From Trueperaceae bacterium (lineage in GTDB: Bacteria; Deinococcota; Deinococci; Deinococcales; Trueperaceae): a stretch of 64,000 nt of DNA. Position numbers and translations under genes: made by a program. How positions within the stretch are numbered: the stretch's first letter is position 1; every line of letters starts with the position of its first letter. The stretch covers positions 1,408,001 through 1,472,000 of the forward strand of contig OZ243913.1 of NCBI GenBank assembly GCA_965213705.1, in the 5' to 3' direction. Shown piece after piece: positions 1 through 8,543 of the stretch. The notes under the pieces are model-generated. The model was not told the DNA's origin. It was given only the letters and a program-made list of their open reading frames with translations, and did no database searches.

Positions 1-794
1 ACTGTGGGCAGCTGCCAGTCTTTGCGCTCGACCTCGTGAAAGTAGCGCTCGGGCGTGCTGAAAACCAGTTCGGGTAAGTCGTCTTCGCGGTTTAGGCGTT
101 CGACGCTTTCGATGTTCGCCTTCGTCGGCCCGCCGCCGTGGTTGCCGACGCCGTAAAAACACATCAGTTCGTTGACGGGCTCGCGCAGTTCTGCGGCGCA
201 GCGGCGCACGTGGTTTTCTAGGTCCGCGCCCCAGGTGCAGTAGGTAAAGGGAATTTGGTAGGTCAAAACCGAGGAGCCGTCATCCGACTTCCACCAGAAC
301 AGTCGGCCCGGCAACTCTTTTTCGTGCGGGCCCGGACGCATAAAGACGTAGTAGTCCAAACCGCTCTTTTTCAAAAGTTGCGGCAGCATTCCGTGGTGCC
401 CGAACGCGTCGACGTTGTAGCCGACCCTGGCGGTGCGGCCGAACTTCTCCTGAAAATAACGCTGCCCGTAGAGCGCCTGCCGCACGAACGACTCGCCGCC
501 CGGGATGTTGCAGTCGGGTTGCAGCCACCAGCCGCCTACAATTTCCCAGCGACCTTCTGCGACTCGAGCCTTAATTTCTTCAAACATCGCCGGGTCACTT
601 TTTTCCACCCACTCGTAAAAGACGGCGGAACTAGAGACGAACAAAAAGTCCTCGAACTCGTTCATGCGGTCGAGGGCCGAGCGGAAACTCGCCTTGACCT
701 CGTGAAAGCCTTCTTGCCAGCGCCACAGCCACACCGGGTCGATGTGGGCGTTGCCTATCATGTGGAGGGTTTGAGTTTTTGTCGCTGTAGTCAT
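1..794 (-). CDS. alpha-mannosidase, glycoside hydrolase family 38 (N-terminal part; runs off the window start)
   Basis: Absent from the ORF track. Manual translation from ATG 794 gives MTTATKTQTLHMIGNAHIDPVWLWRW...GGWWLQPDCNIPGGESFVRQ...NVDAFGH...GVGNHGGGPT, which are GH38 motifs. Confidence 0.9.
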   Translation of the reverse strand, partial: MTTATKTQTLHMIGNAHIDPVWLWRWQEGFHEVKASFRSALDRMNEFEDFLFVSSSAVFYEWVEKSDPAMFEEIKARVAEGRWEIVGGWWLQPDCNIPGGESFVRQALYGQRYFQEKFGRTARVGYNVDAFGHHGMLPQLLKKSGLDYYVFMRPGPHEKELPGRLFWWKSDDGSSVLTYQIPFTYCTWGADLENHVRRCAAELREPVNELMCFYGVGNHGGGPTKANIESVERLNREDDLPELVFSTPERYFHEVERKDWQLPT

Positions 795-915
795 TGAGTG
801 AGGTCTCCGTGGGGAATAGGTGGGGAATAAGGGGTCGGTACGAAAAAGCGAGGCGTAAGAAAATTCAACCGAACGGCTCGTTTACACCTTTACTTTTCTC
901 GTACTGATACTTTTC

Positions 916-1617
916 TCATACCGAGCGTGTAATCCCACCGTCGACGCGAATGTTCTGGCCGGTGATGTACCCAGCACCCTCCGAGGCTAGAAAGGCGATG
1001 ACCTCGGCTATCTCTTCGGTTTTTCCGTAGCGTCCCAGCGGAATGCGGTCGCGGAACTCCGACGTTTCCGGCAAGCTGTCTATAAAACCGGGAAGGACGT
1101 TGTTCATCCGAATGTTTTCTGCGGCGTACGTGTCGGCAAACAGTTTGGTGTAAGCCGCCAACCCCGCCCTGAACACACCGGAGGTCGGAAAAACGGGGTC
1201 GGGCTCGAACGCCGCGAAGGTCGAAATGTTAATGATAACGCCTGCGCCTTGCGCCTGCATGATGGGCGTGACCAACCGGGTGGGGCGGACGACGTTGAGA
1301 AAGTACACGTCCATGCCCTGCCGCCAATCTTCGTCGGAGAGGTCCAGCAAGGGCGCTCTCGGTCCGTGTCCGGCGCTGTTGACAAGCGCGTCGACACGTC
1401 CCCACGTTTGCATGGTTTTGTCGACCAAACGCTTCAGGTCGTCGTTCGACTGGTTCGAGCCCGTCACGCCGACGCCGCTCAGCTCTTCTGCAAGCGCTTC
1501 ACCTTTTCCTGATGAAGACAAAATGGCAATTCGGAAACCGTCTTCAGCTAACTTACGCGCTGCTCCGGCCCCCATGCCGCTGCCCCCAGCCGTGACGATG
1601 GCTACTTTGTGTTTCAA
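916..1617 (-). CDS. short-chain dehydrogenase/reductase (SDR)
   Basis: N-terminal TAGGSGMG Rossmann motif, NSAG, and C-terminal YITGQNIRVDGG; TTG start. Confidence 0.9.
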   Translation of the reverse strand: MKHKVAIVTAGGSGMGAGAARKLAEDGFRIAILSSSGKGEALAEELSGVGVTGSNQSNDDLKRLVDKTMQTWGRVDALVNSAGHGPRAPLLDLSDEDWRQGMDVYFLNVVRPTRLVTPIMQAQGAGVIINISTFAAFEPDPVFPTSGVFRAGLAAYTKLFADTYAAENIRMNNVLPGFIDSLPETSEFRDRIPLGRYGKTEEIAEVIAFLASEGAGYITGQNIRVDGGITRSV

Positions 1618-1758
1618 CAGTGACTCCGTTCAGTGTTGAATTCTGGTCGCTTTTCGAACGTGCTGAGTGTACCGCGAAGTGGAGCCGACTGCACGGAGGC
1701 ACCTGCATAAAGACGAACGTTTGCTTTGAGGTTTTAAGAGTGACTTCGAAGCTCGAGC

Positions 1759-2643
1759 CTACCCCTTCAACCCCGAGGTCGCAATCCCCTCGATAAAGTA
1801 GCGCTGGCCGAGGAAGAAAATGACAATCATCGGCACGGTCAAAATCACCGTCGCCGCCATGACGATTTCCCACTGCGACTCGCCGCCCTGCCCGAACTGG
1901 TCGAGCACCGCCTTGATGCCGCGCGGCATGGTGAAAAGTGCCGTGTCGTAGAGGTAGATGAGCGGTTTGATGAGGTCGGTCCAGCTCGCCTTGAATTCGA
2001 AAATGAACACGACGATGAGCGCCGTTTTGGTCAGCGGCATCGCCACGCGCCACCACAGCCCGAAAAAGCTGGCCCCGTCAATTCGCGCCGCCTCGAACAG
2101 GTCGCGCGGCAGCGACAGGTAAAACTGGCGCAGCAAGAAGATGTAAAACGCAGACCCGAACAAGTTGCCCGCCCACAGCGGCACGAGCGTGTTGACAAAA
2201 CCTAAGCGGTCCCAAACCAGAAACACCGGAATCATGGTGACCGCCGTCGGCAGCATCATCGTCGCCAGCACCAGGCCGAAGAGCGTGTCCCGGCCGGGAA
2301 AGCGAAAATTTGCAAACCCAAAGGCGACGAGCGAACTGCTCAGCGCCACCGTGGTCGCCGCCAACGCCCCGGTGAGGACGCTGTTTTTCAGCCAGGTCAG
2401 GACCGGCGCGGCTTGCCACACCCGGAGGTAGTTGCCCCAGGCAACGGGGTCGGGCAGCCAGGCCGAGCTGAACACCTCGGCGCGCGTCTTGAGCGAGGCG
2501 CTCACCAGCCACAAAAAGGGCGCGGTGAACAGCACCGTGCAGCCTAAGAGCAGGGTTATAAAGACGACGCGCTCGAGCACCCGCCCCCCTCGGTCCGTCC
2601 TCCTCGGCCGCGGCGTGGCGACTTCTCCCTTAGCCAAAGCCAC
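1759..2643 (-). CDS. carbohydrate ABC transporter permease (MalG-like)
   Basis: Hydrophobic helices, EAARIDGAS EAA loop, QRYFIEGI C-terminus. Confidence 0.93.
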   Translation of the reverse strand: MALAKGEVATPRPRRTDRGGRVLERVVFITLLLGCTVLFTAPFLWLVSASLKTRAEVFSSAWLPDPVAWGNYLRVWQAAPVLTWLKNSVLTGALAATTVALSSSLVAFGFANFRFPGRDTLFGLVLATMMLPTAVTMIPVFLVWDRLGFVNTLVPLWAGNLFGSAFYIFLLRQFYLSLPRDLFEAARIDGASFFGLWWRVAMPLTKTALIVVFIFEFKASWTDLIKPLIYLYDTALFTMPRGIKAVLDQFGQGGESQWEIVMAATVILTVPMIVIFFLGQRYFIEGIATSGLKG

Positions 2644-2646
2644 GTC

Positions 2647-3594
2647 CTACCTCCCCTCGTAGTAGACCCAGCGTTTGCTGACTTGCAGCTGGATGAGTGT
2701 AAGAATCAAGATGATGACGAAAAGCAGCCAGGCCATCGCCGAGGCGTAACCCATGTGCAAGAACTCGAACGCCTGCCGGAACAGGTAAATCACGTAAAAA
2801 AGTGCCGCGCCGCTGCCGGCGCTGGCCTGCATCTTGCCGAAAAACATGGTGTAGACCTCGGCGAAAATCTGCAGCGAATAGATGGTGTTGACGACCAAAG
2901 TAAAAAAAATCGCGCCGCTGATAAGGGGCACGGTGACGTGGCGAAACTCTTGCCAAAAGTTCGCCCCTTCGATTTGGGCGGCTTCGTAGAGGGTTTTGGG
3001 CACGTTGCTCAGCGCGGCGTAGTAGATGATGACGGTGCCGCCCACGCTCCACAGGCTCATGAGCACCAGGCCGGGTTTGACCCAGGTGGGGTCGGTCGTC
3101 CAGCCGGGTCCGTCAATGCCCAACAGCTCCAGGCCCCGGTTGACCAGGCCGATACGCGGGTTCAAAAGCCACAGCCAGAGCGCCCCCACCGCGACCGCCG
3201 GGGTCATCGAGGGCAGGTAAAACACGGTCCTGAAAAAGTCCGCCGCCCGCTTGACACGGTTGAGGATGAGCGCGAGGGTGAGCGCGACGATGGTCGCCAG
3301 GGGCACGTAGAGCGCCGCGTAAAAAAACGAGTTGTACAAACTCAGCCGCAGCCGCGGGTCGCTGAACAGCTCTCGGTAGTTGTCGAACCCAATCCACTTG
3401 GGCGGGTTGAGCACGTCGTACTGGGTAAAGGAGAGCCATAAACTGGCGAGCATCGGCCCGGCGGTGAAAACGAGAAAGCCGATAACCCAGGGTGAAATAA
3501 AGGCCAGTCCGGCGAGCGTTTCCGCTCGAGCCAACCGACCCCCACGTTTTTCGCGCGGGGGTCTTTTGGCGCTACCTCTTTCTGCTGAGTCCAT
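2647..3594 (-). CDS. carbohydrate ABC transporter permease (MalF-like)
   Basis: EAAQIEGA loop, GYASAMAW motif, operon context. Confidence 0.93.
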   Translation of the reverse strand: MDSAERGSAKRPPREKRGGRLARAETLAGLAFISPWVIGFLVFTAGPMLASLWLSFTQYDVLNPPKWIGFDNYRELFSDPRLRLSLYNSFFYAALYVPLATIVALTLALILNRVKRAADFFRTVFYLPSMTPAVAVGALWLWLLNPRIGLVNRGLELLGIDGPGWTTDPTWVKPGLVLMSLWSVGGTVIIYYAALSNVPKTLYEAAQIEGANFWQEFRHVTVPLISGAIFFTLVVNTIYSLQIFAEVYTMFFGKMQASAGSGAALFYVIYLFRQAFEFLHMGYASAMAWLLFVIILILTLIQLQVSKRWVYYEGR

Positions 3595-3600
3595 AGGGCC

Positions 3601-4908
3601 TTACTGGTTGTTCCAGGCGTCGTCGAGGGCTTCTTGCGCTTCTCCCTGCGCCTGGTCGAGCGCTTCCTGGGCACCTTGCTCGCCGTTCAGGACGCGGTTG
3701 ACGGCGTCTTCCCAGGCCTGCCGGAACTCCGCGCCCGCCGGGTTGGACGGAATCGCAAAGGCGTTCTCCTGCGTTTCTAAGATGACGTTGACCGCGTTGT
3801 CGAACGCCTCGTTGCCGCTGGGCTGGAAGATATTGCCGAAAATCTCGTCGTCGGCGGGCTTGTTGGCAGTGTAAACGCCCGTGAAGGTTTGCCCGTCGGC
3901 GGCGCGCTGGTCGGCGCGGGTCTGCGCGGCCGCCGCCCAGGAGGCCGGGGCGGTCATCGTTTTCATAAAGGCGCAAGCCGCGTCGGGGTTGTTGGCGCCC
4001 CTCGGAATCGCCCAGGTGTTGCCGGTGGCGAACGTTAGGGGGTCGCCCTGCCGGTCGGTAAACGGCTTGACGGTGATGTTGACGTCCGGCGACGTGTCGG
4101 CTAAGACGTTGACGTACCACTGCTCCATCGGTTTTGCGCCCAGCTGGTCGGCGACGTACTCGTTGTCGGCCCCGAACGAGTCCCAGGTGTCGCGGAAGGC
4201 CGACACTTCTTGGTTGCCCCCGGCAGCCTCCAGCAGACCGACGGTGTAGGCAAGCGCCTCGACCGCTTCAGGGCTGTTGATCATGGCGGTGCGGCCGTCG
4301 TCCGACAACAGCTGCCCGCCGTTCGCCCTGACCCACAGCGGGAAAAAACCGGGCAGCTTGGGGTCGAAACCGATGCGCTCGAGCTGGCCGTCCTCGACTT
4401 TCGTCAGTTGCTGGTTGACCTCGGCCAGCTGGTCCCAGTCCGTGGTGCTTACGTCGTCGGGCGTAACCCCCGCTTCTTCAAGCGCGTCGTTGTTGAGAAT
4501 CAGGACGATGGTGTTGAAAAACTCGGGAATGCCGTAAACCTGGTCGCCCACGGTCACCTGGTCCAGGGCCGTCTCACGGTACTGGCTCAGGTCGATGTCC
4601 ATGCTGGCAACGCACTCGTCCAGCGGCACGATCGCGCCGCGCGTGGCGTAGGTGCTGAGGTCGTCGCGGTTGGTGTAGATGAGGTCGGGCGGGTTGCCGC
4701 TGACCACGGCGGTTAAAAGTTGCTGCCGGTCCAAGCTGCCTTCGGACAGGTTCAGGGTCACGTCGGGATACTGCTCTCTAAACTGGTCGACGCGCACCGA
4801 CGCGATTTCGTCGCCCAGGCCGAAACCCAGCACGGAAAGCTCACCGCTCACCTGGGCAGAGCCCACTGCTCCGACCAGAAACAAGCCCAACAACACGATT
4901 TTTTTCAT
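3601..4908 (-). CDS. sugar ABC transporter extracellular solute-binding protein
   Basis: Signal peptide, SGNPPDL and YGIP motifs, position upstream of two permeases, GGAGG RBS. Confidence 0.92.
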   Translation of the reverse strand: MKKIVLLGLFLVGAVGSAQVSGELSVLGFGLGDEIASVRVDQFREQYPDVTLNLSEGSLDRQQLLTAVVSGNPPDLIYTNRDDLSTYATRGAIVPLDECVASMDIDLSQYRETALDQVTVGDQVYGIPEFFNTIVLILNNDALEEAGVTPDDVSTTDWDQLAEVNQQLTKVEDGQLERIGFDPKLPGFFPLWVRANGGQLLSDDGRTAMINSPEAVEALAYTVGLLEAAGGNQEVSAFRDTWDSFGADNEYVADQLGAKPMEQWYVNVLADTSPDVNITVKPFTDRQGDPLTFATGNTWAIPRGANNPDAACAFMKTMTAPASWAAAAQTRADQRAADGQTFTGVYTANKPADDEIFGNIFQPSGNEAFDNAVNVILETQENAFAIPSNPAGAEFRQAWEDAVNRVLNGEQGAQEALDQAQGEAQEALDDAWNNQ

Positions 4909-5236
4909 GATTTTCCTCCCTTACCTCGGCCGGCGTTTTCGCCAGCCGTTTTGCCAGGACGTAACGACCAAGACCAACACACGGGGTTCAGTCGGAAGGA
5001 CGGCCGCCAGGCATTCAAGGCTCCCTCATCCGGCCGCACCCCACTCGAGAACCACTCCAAAAGACGATAGCGGAGGCCGAACGAGGGAAGGCCGCACCGG
5101 ATACGGGCCTCTCCTTTTCATACTCGCACCCCCTTCGGCGAGACAAAACATCGGACCACAGGCCTCGGCACGCGCCGCACAGGCGCACAGGACAAGTCTG
5201 AACTTGTAAGTGACCGCCATGCTACACCCACCCGCG

Positions 5237-5271
5237 TTGACATGTCAATACTTTTTTAGTTTAATTAACTA
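5237..5271. promoter_or_regulatory. putative divergent promoter/operator between the ABC operon and the ROK regulator
   Basis: Perfect palindrome TTGACATGTCAA (5237-5248) gives a -35 box on both strands. It is followed by an AT-rich dyad TAGTT-N5-AACTA (5257-5271). Confidence 0.5.
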
Positions 5272-5297
5272 TCTTTACAGCTGAGAAGTGTTGCGTC

Positions 5298-5377
5298 GTT
5301 GAAGGCGACAGGTTAGGGCGATAGGTTGAGAGCGGTGGGTTAGAGCGATAGGTTGAAGGCGGTTGTTGAAAGCGGTT
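5298..5377. repeat. imperfect tandem repeat, about 6 x 13-14 nt
   Basis: gttgaaggcgacag/gttagggcgatag/gttgagagcggtgg/gttagagcgatag/gttgaaggcggtt/gttgaaagcggtt. Confidence 0.75.
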
Positions 5378-5413
5378 GCCAGAGGCGGGGGCAGAGGACA
5401 GGTAAAGGCTTAA

Positions 5414-6610
5414 ATGCACAAACGAAGCGTCGCAAACGGCAGCAACCCGGTCCGCGTCCGCGCGCGCAACTTGAGCGTCGTACTCGACGCCCTCCGCAAA
5501 CTTCAACCCGTCAGCCGGACCGAGCTGGCGAGCGCCACGGACCTCACCGCCGCCGCCATGACCCACCTCGTCGCCGAACTCGGTGACCTGGGCTTTATCC
5601 GCGAACAGCGCGCGCCGGACAAGTCGGAGGGAAAACTGCTGGGGCGACGGCCCACGCTGTTGTCGCTCAACGCCGGTGCCGTAACCATCGTCGGCATCGA
5701 AATTTCTCGAGAGTACGTGTTGGGCGTCACCACGAACCTCTCGGGCGAGGTCGGGCGTTCGGAAAAACGCGTCGCCCCGGCAGGGCGTGGGGCCGAGGCG
5801 ACGCTGGAAGTGATGCACGACGTGATAGCCGAGCTGTGGGAGAATTCGCCTTTCGGTATCGGCGTCGGGGTGCCGGGGCCGGTCGACACGGCGCAGGGGC
5901 GGGTGCGCGAACCGCCGAACTTTCCGGGCTGGCGCGACCTGCCGCTTGCCCAGGTGCTGCGCGAACGCTGGGGCGTGCCGGTTTTGATAGACGACGACGC
6001 CAAAACGGCCGCCCTGGGCGAGTACTGGTTCGGCGCGGGCAGGTCCGTAGCAAGCCTGCTTTACTTGTCGGTCGGCTCGGGCGTCGGGGCCGGGCTCATC
6101 GTCCATGGCGAGCTGTACCGCGGAACCCACGAACTCGCCGGGGAAATCGGCCACACCACCCTGGACTTGGACGGCCCCCCCTGCGAGTGCGGCAACCGAG
6201 GCTGTTTGGAGACCTTCGTTTCGACTGGTGCTGTCCGCAAAAAGGCAGTCGCGCTTGGCCTCCAGGACGACCTGGCCCACGTCGAGCGGTGCGCCGCCAT
6301 GGGTGACCGCCGCGCCACCAACCTCAAAGACCGAACCTACCGCTACCTGGCGGCCGCCGCCATCAACGCGGTCAACTTTTACGACCCCGACCTGATCGTA
6401 GTAGGCGGCGAACTCGTGGGCGTTTGGCCGGACTTGGCGGACCAGCTTTTACAGCGCGTCCGCGGGCGCTCGTTCGGATTCGCTTCCAGGTCCGTCGAAA
6501 TCTGCGCTTCCAAGCTCGGGGGCTACGCCAGCGTCGTGGGCGCTGCCGGCCTGGTGATGCAGCACGTCTTCCGGCAGCCCCACCTCGTCGAGGCTGCCGC
6601 TGTGAAGTGA
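5414..6610 (+). CDS. ROK family transcriptional regulator (NagC/XylR-like)
   Basis: N-terminal HTH (SRTELASATDLT), GRRP linker, GEIGH and CECGNRGCLE motifs. Confidence 0.93.
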   Translation: MHKRSVANGSNPVRVRARNLSVVLDALRKLQPVSRTELASATDLTAAAMTHLVAELGDLGFIREQRAPDKSEGKLLGRRPTLLSLNAGAVTIVGIEISREYVLGVTTNLSGEVGRSEKRVAPAGRGAEATLEVMHDVIAELWENSPFGIGVGVPGPVDTAQGRVREPPNFPGWRDLPLAQVLRERWGVPVLIDDDAKTAALGEYWFGAGRSVASLLYLSVGSGVGAGLIVHGELYRGTHELAGEIGHTTLDLDGPPCECGNRGCLETFVSTGAVRKKAVALGLQDDLAHVERCAAMGDRRATNLKDRTYRYLAAAAINAVNFYDPDLIVVGGELVGVWPDLADQLLQRVRGRSFGFASRSVEICASKLGGYASVVGAAGLVMQHVFRQPHLVEAAAVK

Positions 6611-6651
6611 GTCCACAGCGAAGTGAGTCCACAGCGAAGTGAGCCCGCAGC
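6604..6651. repeat. 3 x 16-bp tandem repeat overlapping the ROK stop codon
   Basis: gaagtgagtccacagc twice, then gaagtgagcccgcagc. Confidence 0.9.
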
Positions 6652-7058
6652 CCGTTGACCGCACGGGTTCAGTTAGGGCTCGAGCAGCCGAACCGGAGGG
6701 GACGGGGTGTGGGGCAAGTAGAGGCGTCGGTCGGCAGCCGGTGCAGTGCTTGCCGAACTACTTCGCTTACCCGCCCACGACGCTAAGAGAGGGTGCCTCC
6801 GGCCCGGCCTATGTACCGAACTCCGGCGGCGTGGCCTGGAAGACGTGTTCACCTTTTGCGTGGACGGGTTTGAAGATTTTCTTGGAGCAATTTTCTTGAA
6901 GCAATAGGTAGGAGTCGGGTTGGCGGGGTTAGTGAAAACGTCGAACCCCCAAGTTTGTGTAAGCTTCGACCAAGACAGTTTTCTCCCAACCTTCTAAGCT
7001 TGTGCAGGGGGCGCAACTCAACCATTCTCACCCCCGACAACGTGTAAAGGGAGGCAAG

Positions 7059-7655
7059 ATGAAGAAGATGTTTGTGACACTCAGCCTTGGTTTGCTGTTC
7101 GCCTTGGGCATCGGCTTGGCCCAAGAGACCGGCGGCGAAACCGGCGGCGCCATGATGGGCGAGACCGGCGGCGCTATGATGGGCGAAACGGGCGGCGCCA
7201 TGATGGGCGAACCGACCGTCGACGGCACCATTGAACTCTTTGACGGCGGCATCACCCAGGTGCCCCTCAACATGGCCCTCGCCAACATTCAGGGTTGGGA
7301 GCAAACCCTCCGCGCGGCGGACGACCCCGACCTTACCGCGATCGCCGACAACTTGGCGGAATTAGCCACAGCCTTACAAGCTGAGCCGGTCGACGGTTCC
7401 GCTGTGGCGGACCTGCTCAGCCAGCTCGGCGACCAGACGCGCGAGGCCGCCCAAGGCGCGAGCGTCGAAGCTGCCACGGCCGACCAGTTGTCGCTGCTCG
7501 CCTCGTTGCTCACGCAGGTGGGTGAACAGCTCTCCAGTGGTGAAACGGGCGGGGCCATGATGGGCGAGACCGGGGGCATGGGCGAAACCGGCGGCAGCGA
7601 CATGGGTACCGACATGGACGGCGAGACCGGCGGTAGCGAAACCGGTGGGGGCTAA
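7059..7655 (+). CDS. secreted protein with Met/Gly-rich ETGG repeats flanking a helical core
   Basis: GGGAGG RBS before ATG 7059, signal peptide ending GLA-Q, nine ETGG units, followed by a terminator. Confidence 0.85.
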   Translation: MKKMFVTLSLGLLFALGIGLAQETGGETGGAMMGETGGAMMGETGGAMMGEPTVDGTIELFDGGITQVPLNMALANIQGWEQTLRAADDPDLTAIADNLAELATALQAEPVDGSAVADLLSQLGDQTREAAQGASVEAATADQLSLLASLLTQVGEQLSSGETGGAMMGETGGMGETGGSDMGTDMDGETGGSETGGG

Positions 7656-7678
7656 AGTTTAGTTTCCGCAGGTGTATG

Positions 7679-7715
7679 AACCAAAAGCCGAGGCAATTAG
7701 CCTCGGCTTTTGGTT
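7679..7715. terminator. intrinsic terminator-like hairpin
   Basis: aaccaaaagccgaggc-aatta-gcctcggcttttggtt, perfect 16-bp stem. Confidence 0.85.
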
Positions 7716-7983
7716 TGCCTTGAGCGGGTAGCCAAACAAGGTAGTAGAGGACGCGTTTCGTGCCCGGTTGCGCTCGAGACGTTGTATAACCCCTCGGAGT
7801 AAAACCGCTCGAAAAACGCCGTCCCCGGAAACGGGGTTCGCAACTCGTCGCCGCCAGGCGCGTTCGCTGTTTCCCGGTCGGTGTAGCCAACGCCGAGTCC
7901 CACTCGCAAACCGCGTGGAGGACCACAACCAAAGTCCGGGACTCGCCATCCGCTTTTTCCCGGCTGCAAACCTAGACTGTCGA

Positions 7984-8042
7984 CCCACGCCCGTCAATCC
8001 ACGCCTGCCAGTCCGTGCCCGTCAACCCACACCCGTCAATCC
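7984..8042. repeat. degenerate ~12-nt tandem repeat
   Basis: Recurrent cccgtcaa(t/c)cc units upstream of the ATP synthase promoter. Confidence 0.6.
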
Positions 8043-8072
8043 GGACTGTGGCGTCAGGGACAATTGTCTCAA

Positions 8073-8102
8073 TTGACACTCATTTCCCCGGCTTGCTATG
8101 CT
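8073..8102 (+). promoter_or_regulatory. sigma70-type promoter of the V/A-ATPase operon
   Basis: TTGACA (8073-8078), 18-nt spacer, TATGCT (8097-8102) with a TGn extension. Confidence 0.65.
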
Positions 8103-8212
8103 GACCCGGTAACACGCAAAGTAACCTTTCAGGTTACAAACGCGCGTTTTTTTATGCCTCTAAACAGAGTCGTAAGTTCGAACGCACAGTTATGTGTAGA
8201 GAGGAGGGGCGT

Positions 8213-8533
8213 TTGGAAGCGCAGGGTGAAAAACTACTGCAAGACCTTGTCAGCCAAGAGCAGGCCCTCGTAGCGAAAGTCGAAAGTGCAAGGGCGCAGG
8301 CGGCCAAGATTCTCGAGGACGCCGCTGCCGAAGCCGACGCCGTTCGGGCACAGGCGAAAACCAAAGGTGAAGAGTTTTTGGCGTCCCAAACGAGCCGGGC
8401 CAAGACCGAAGCTGCGACGGCGCGCACCAGTGCGCTGGACCATGCCCAGGCCGACGTCGACAAGGTCAAAGCGCAGGCCGAGGCCAACCTCGACAAGGCC
8501 GTGGCCCTGGTGATGGCGCGGGTGCTGCCGTGA
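8213..8533 (+). CDS. V/A-type ATP synthase subunit G/H (peripheral stalk)
   Basis: Ala/Glu/Lys-rich coiled coil, first gene of the operon; GAGGAGG RBS before TTG 8213. Confidence 0.85.
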   Translation: MEAQGEKLLQDLVSQEQALVAKVESARAQAAKILEDAAAEADAVRAQAKTKGEEFLASQTSRAKTEAATARTSALDHAQADVDKVKAQAEANLDKAVALVMARVLP

Positions 8534-8543
8534 TTGTGACGTC

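Noticed and set aside
255..797. 180-aa plus-strand ORF and the many other long antisense or alternate-frame ORFs (for example 5261-6280, 23778-25139, 32685-33842)
   Set aside because: Shadow ORFs of well-supported genes, expected in high-GC DNA.
6604..6651. Possible CRISPR array (also 32159-32210 and 5298-5377)
   Set aside because: Units are directly adjacent with no unique spacers, are under 20 bp, and there are no cas genes in the window.
7122..7655. ETGG as a sortase LPxTG signal
   Set aside because: No preceding LP, and no C-terminal hydrophobic anchor or basic tail.
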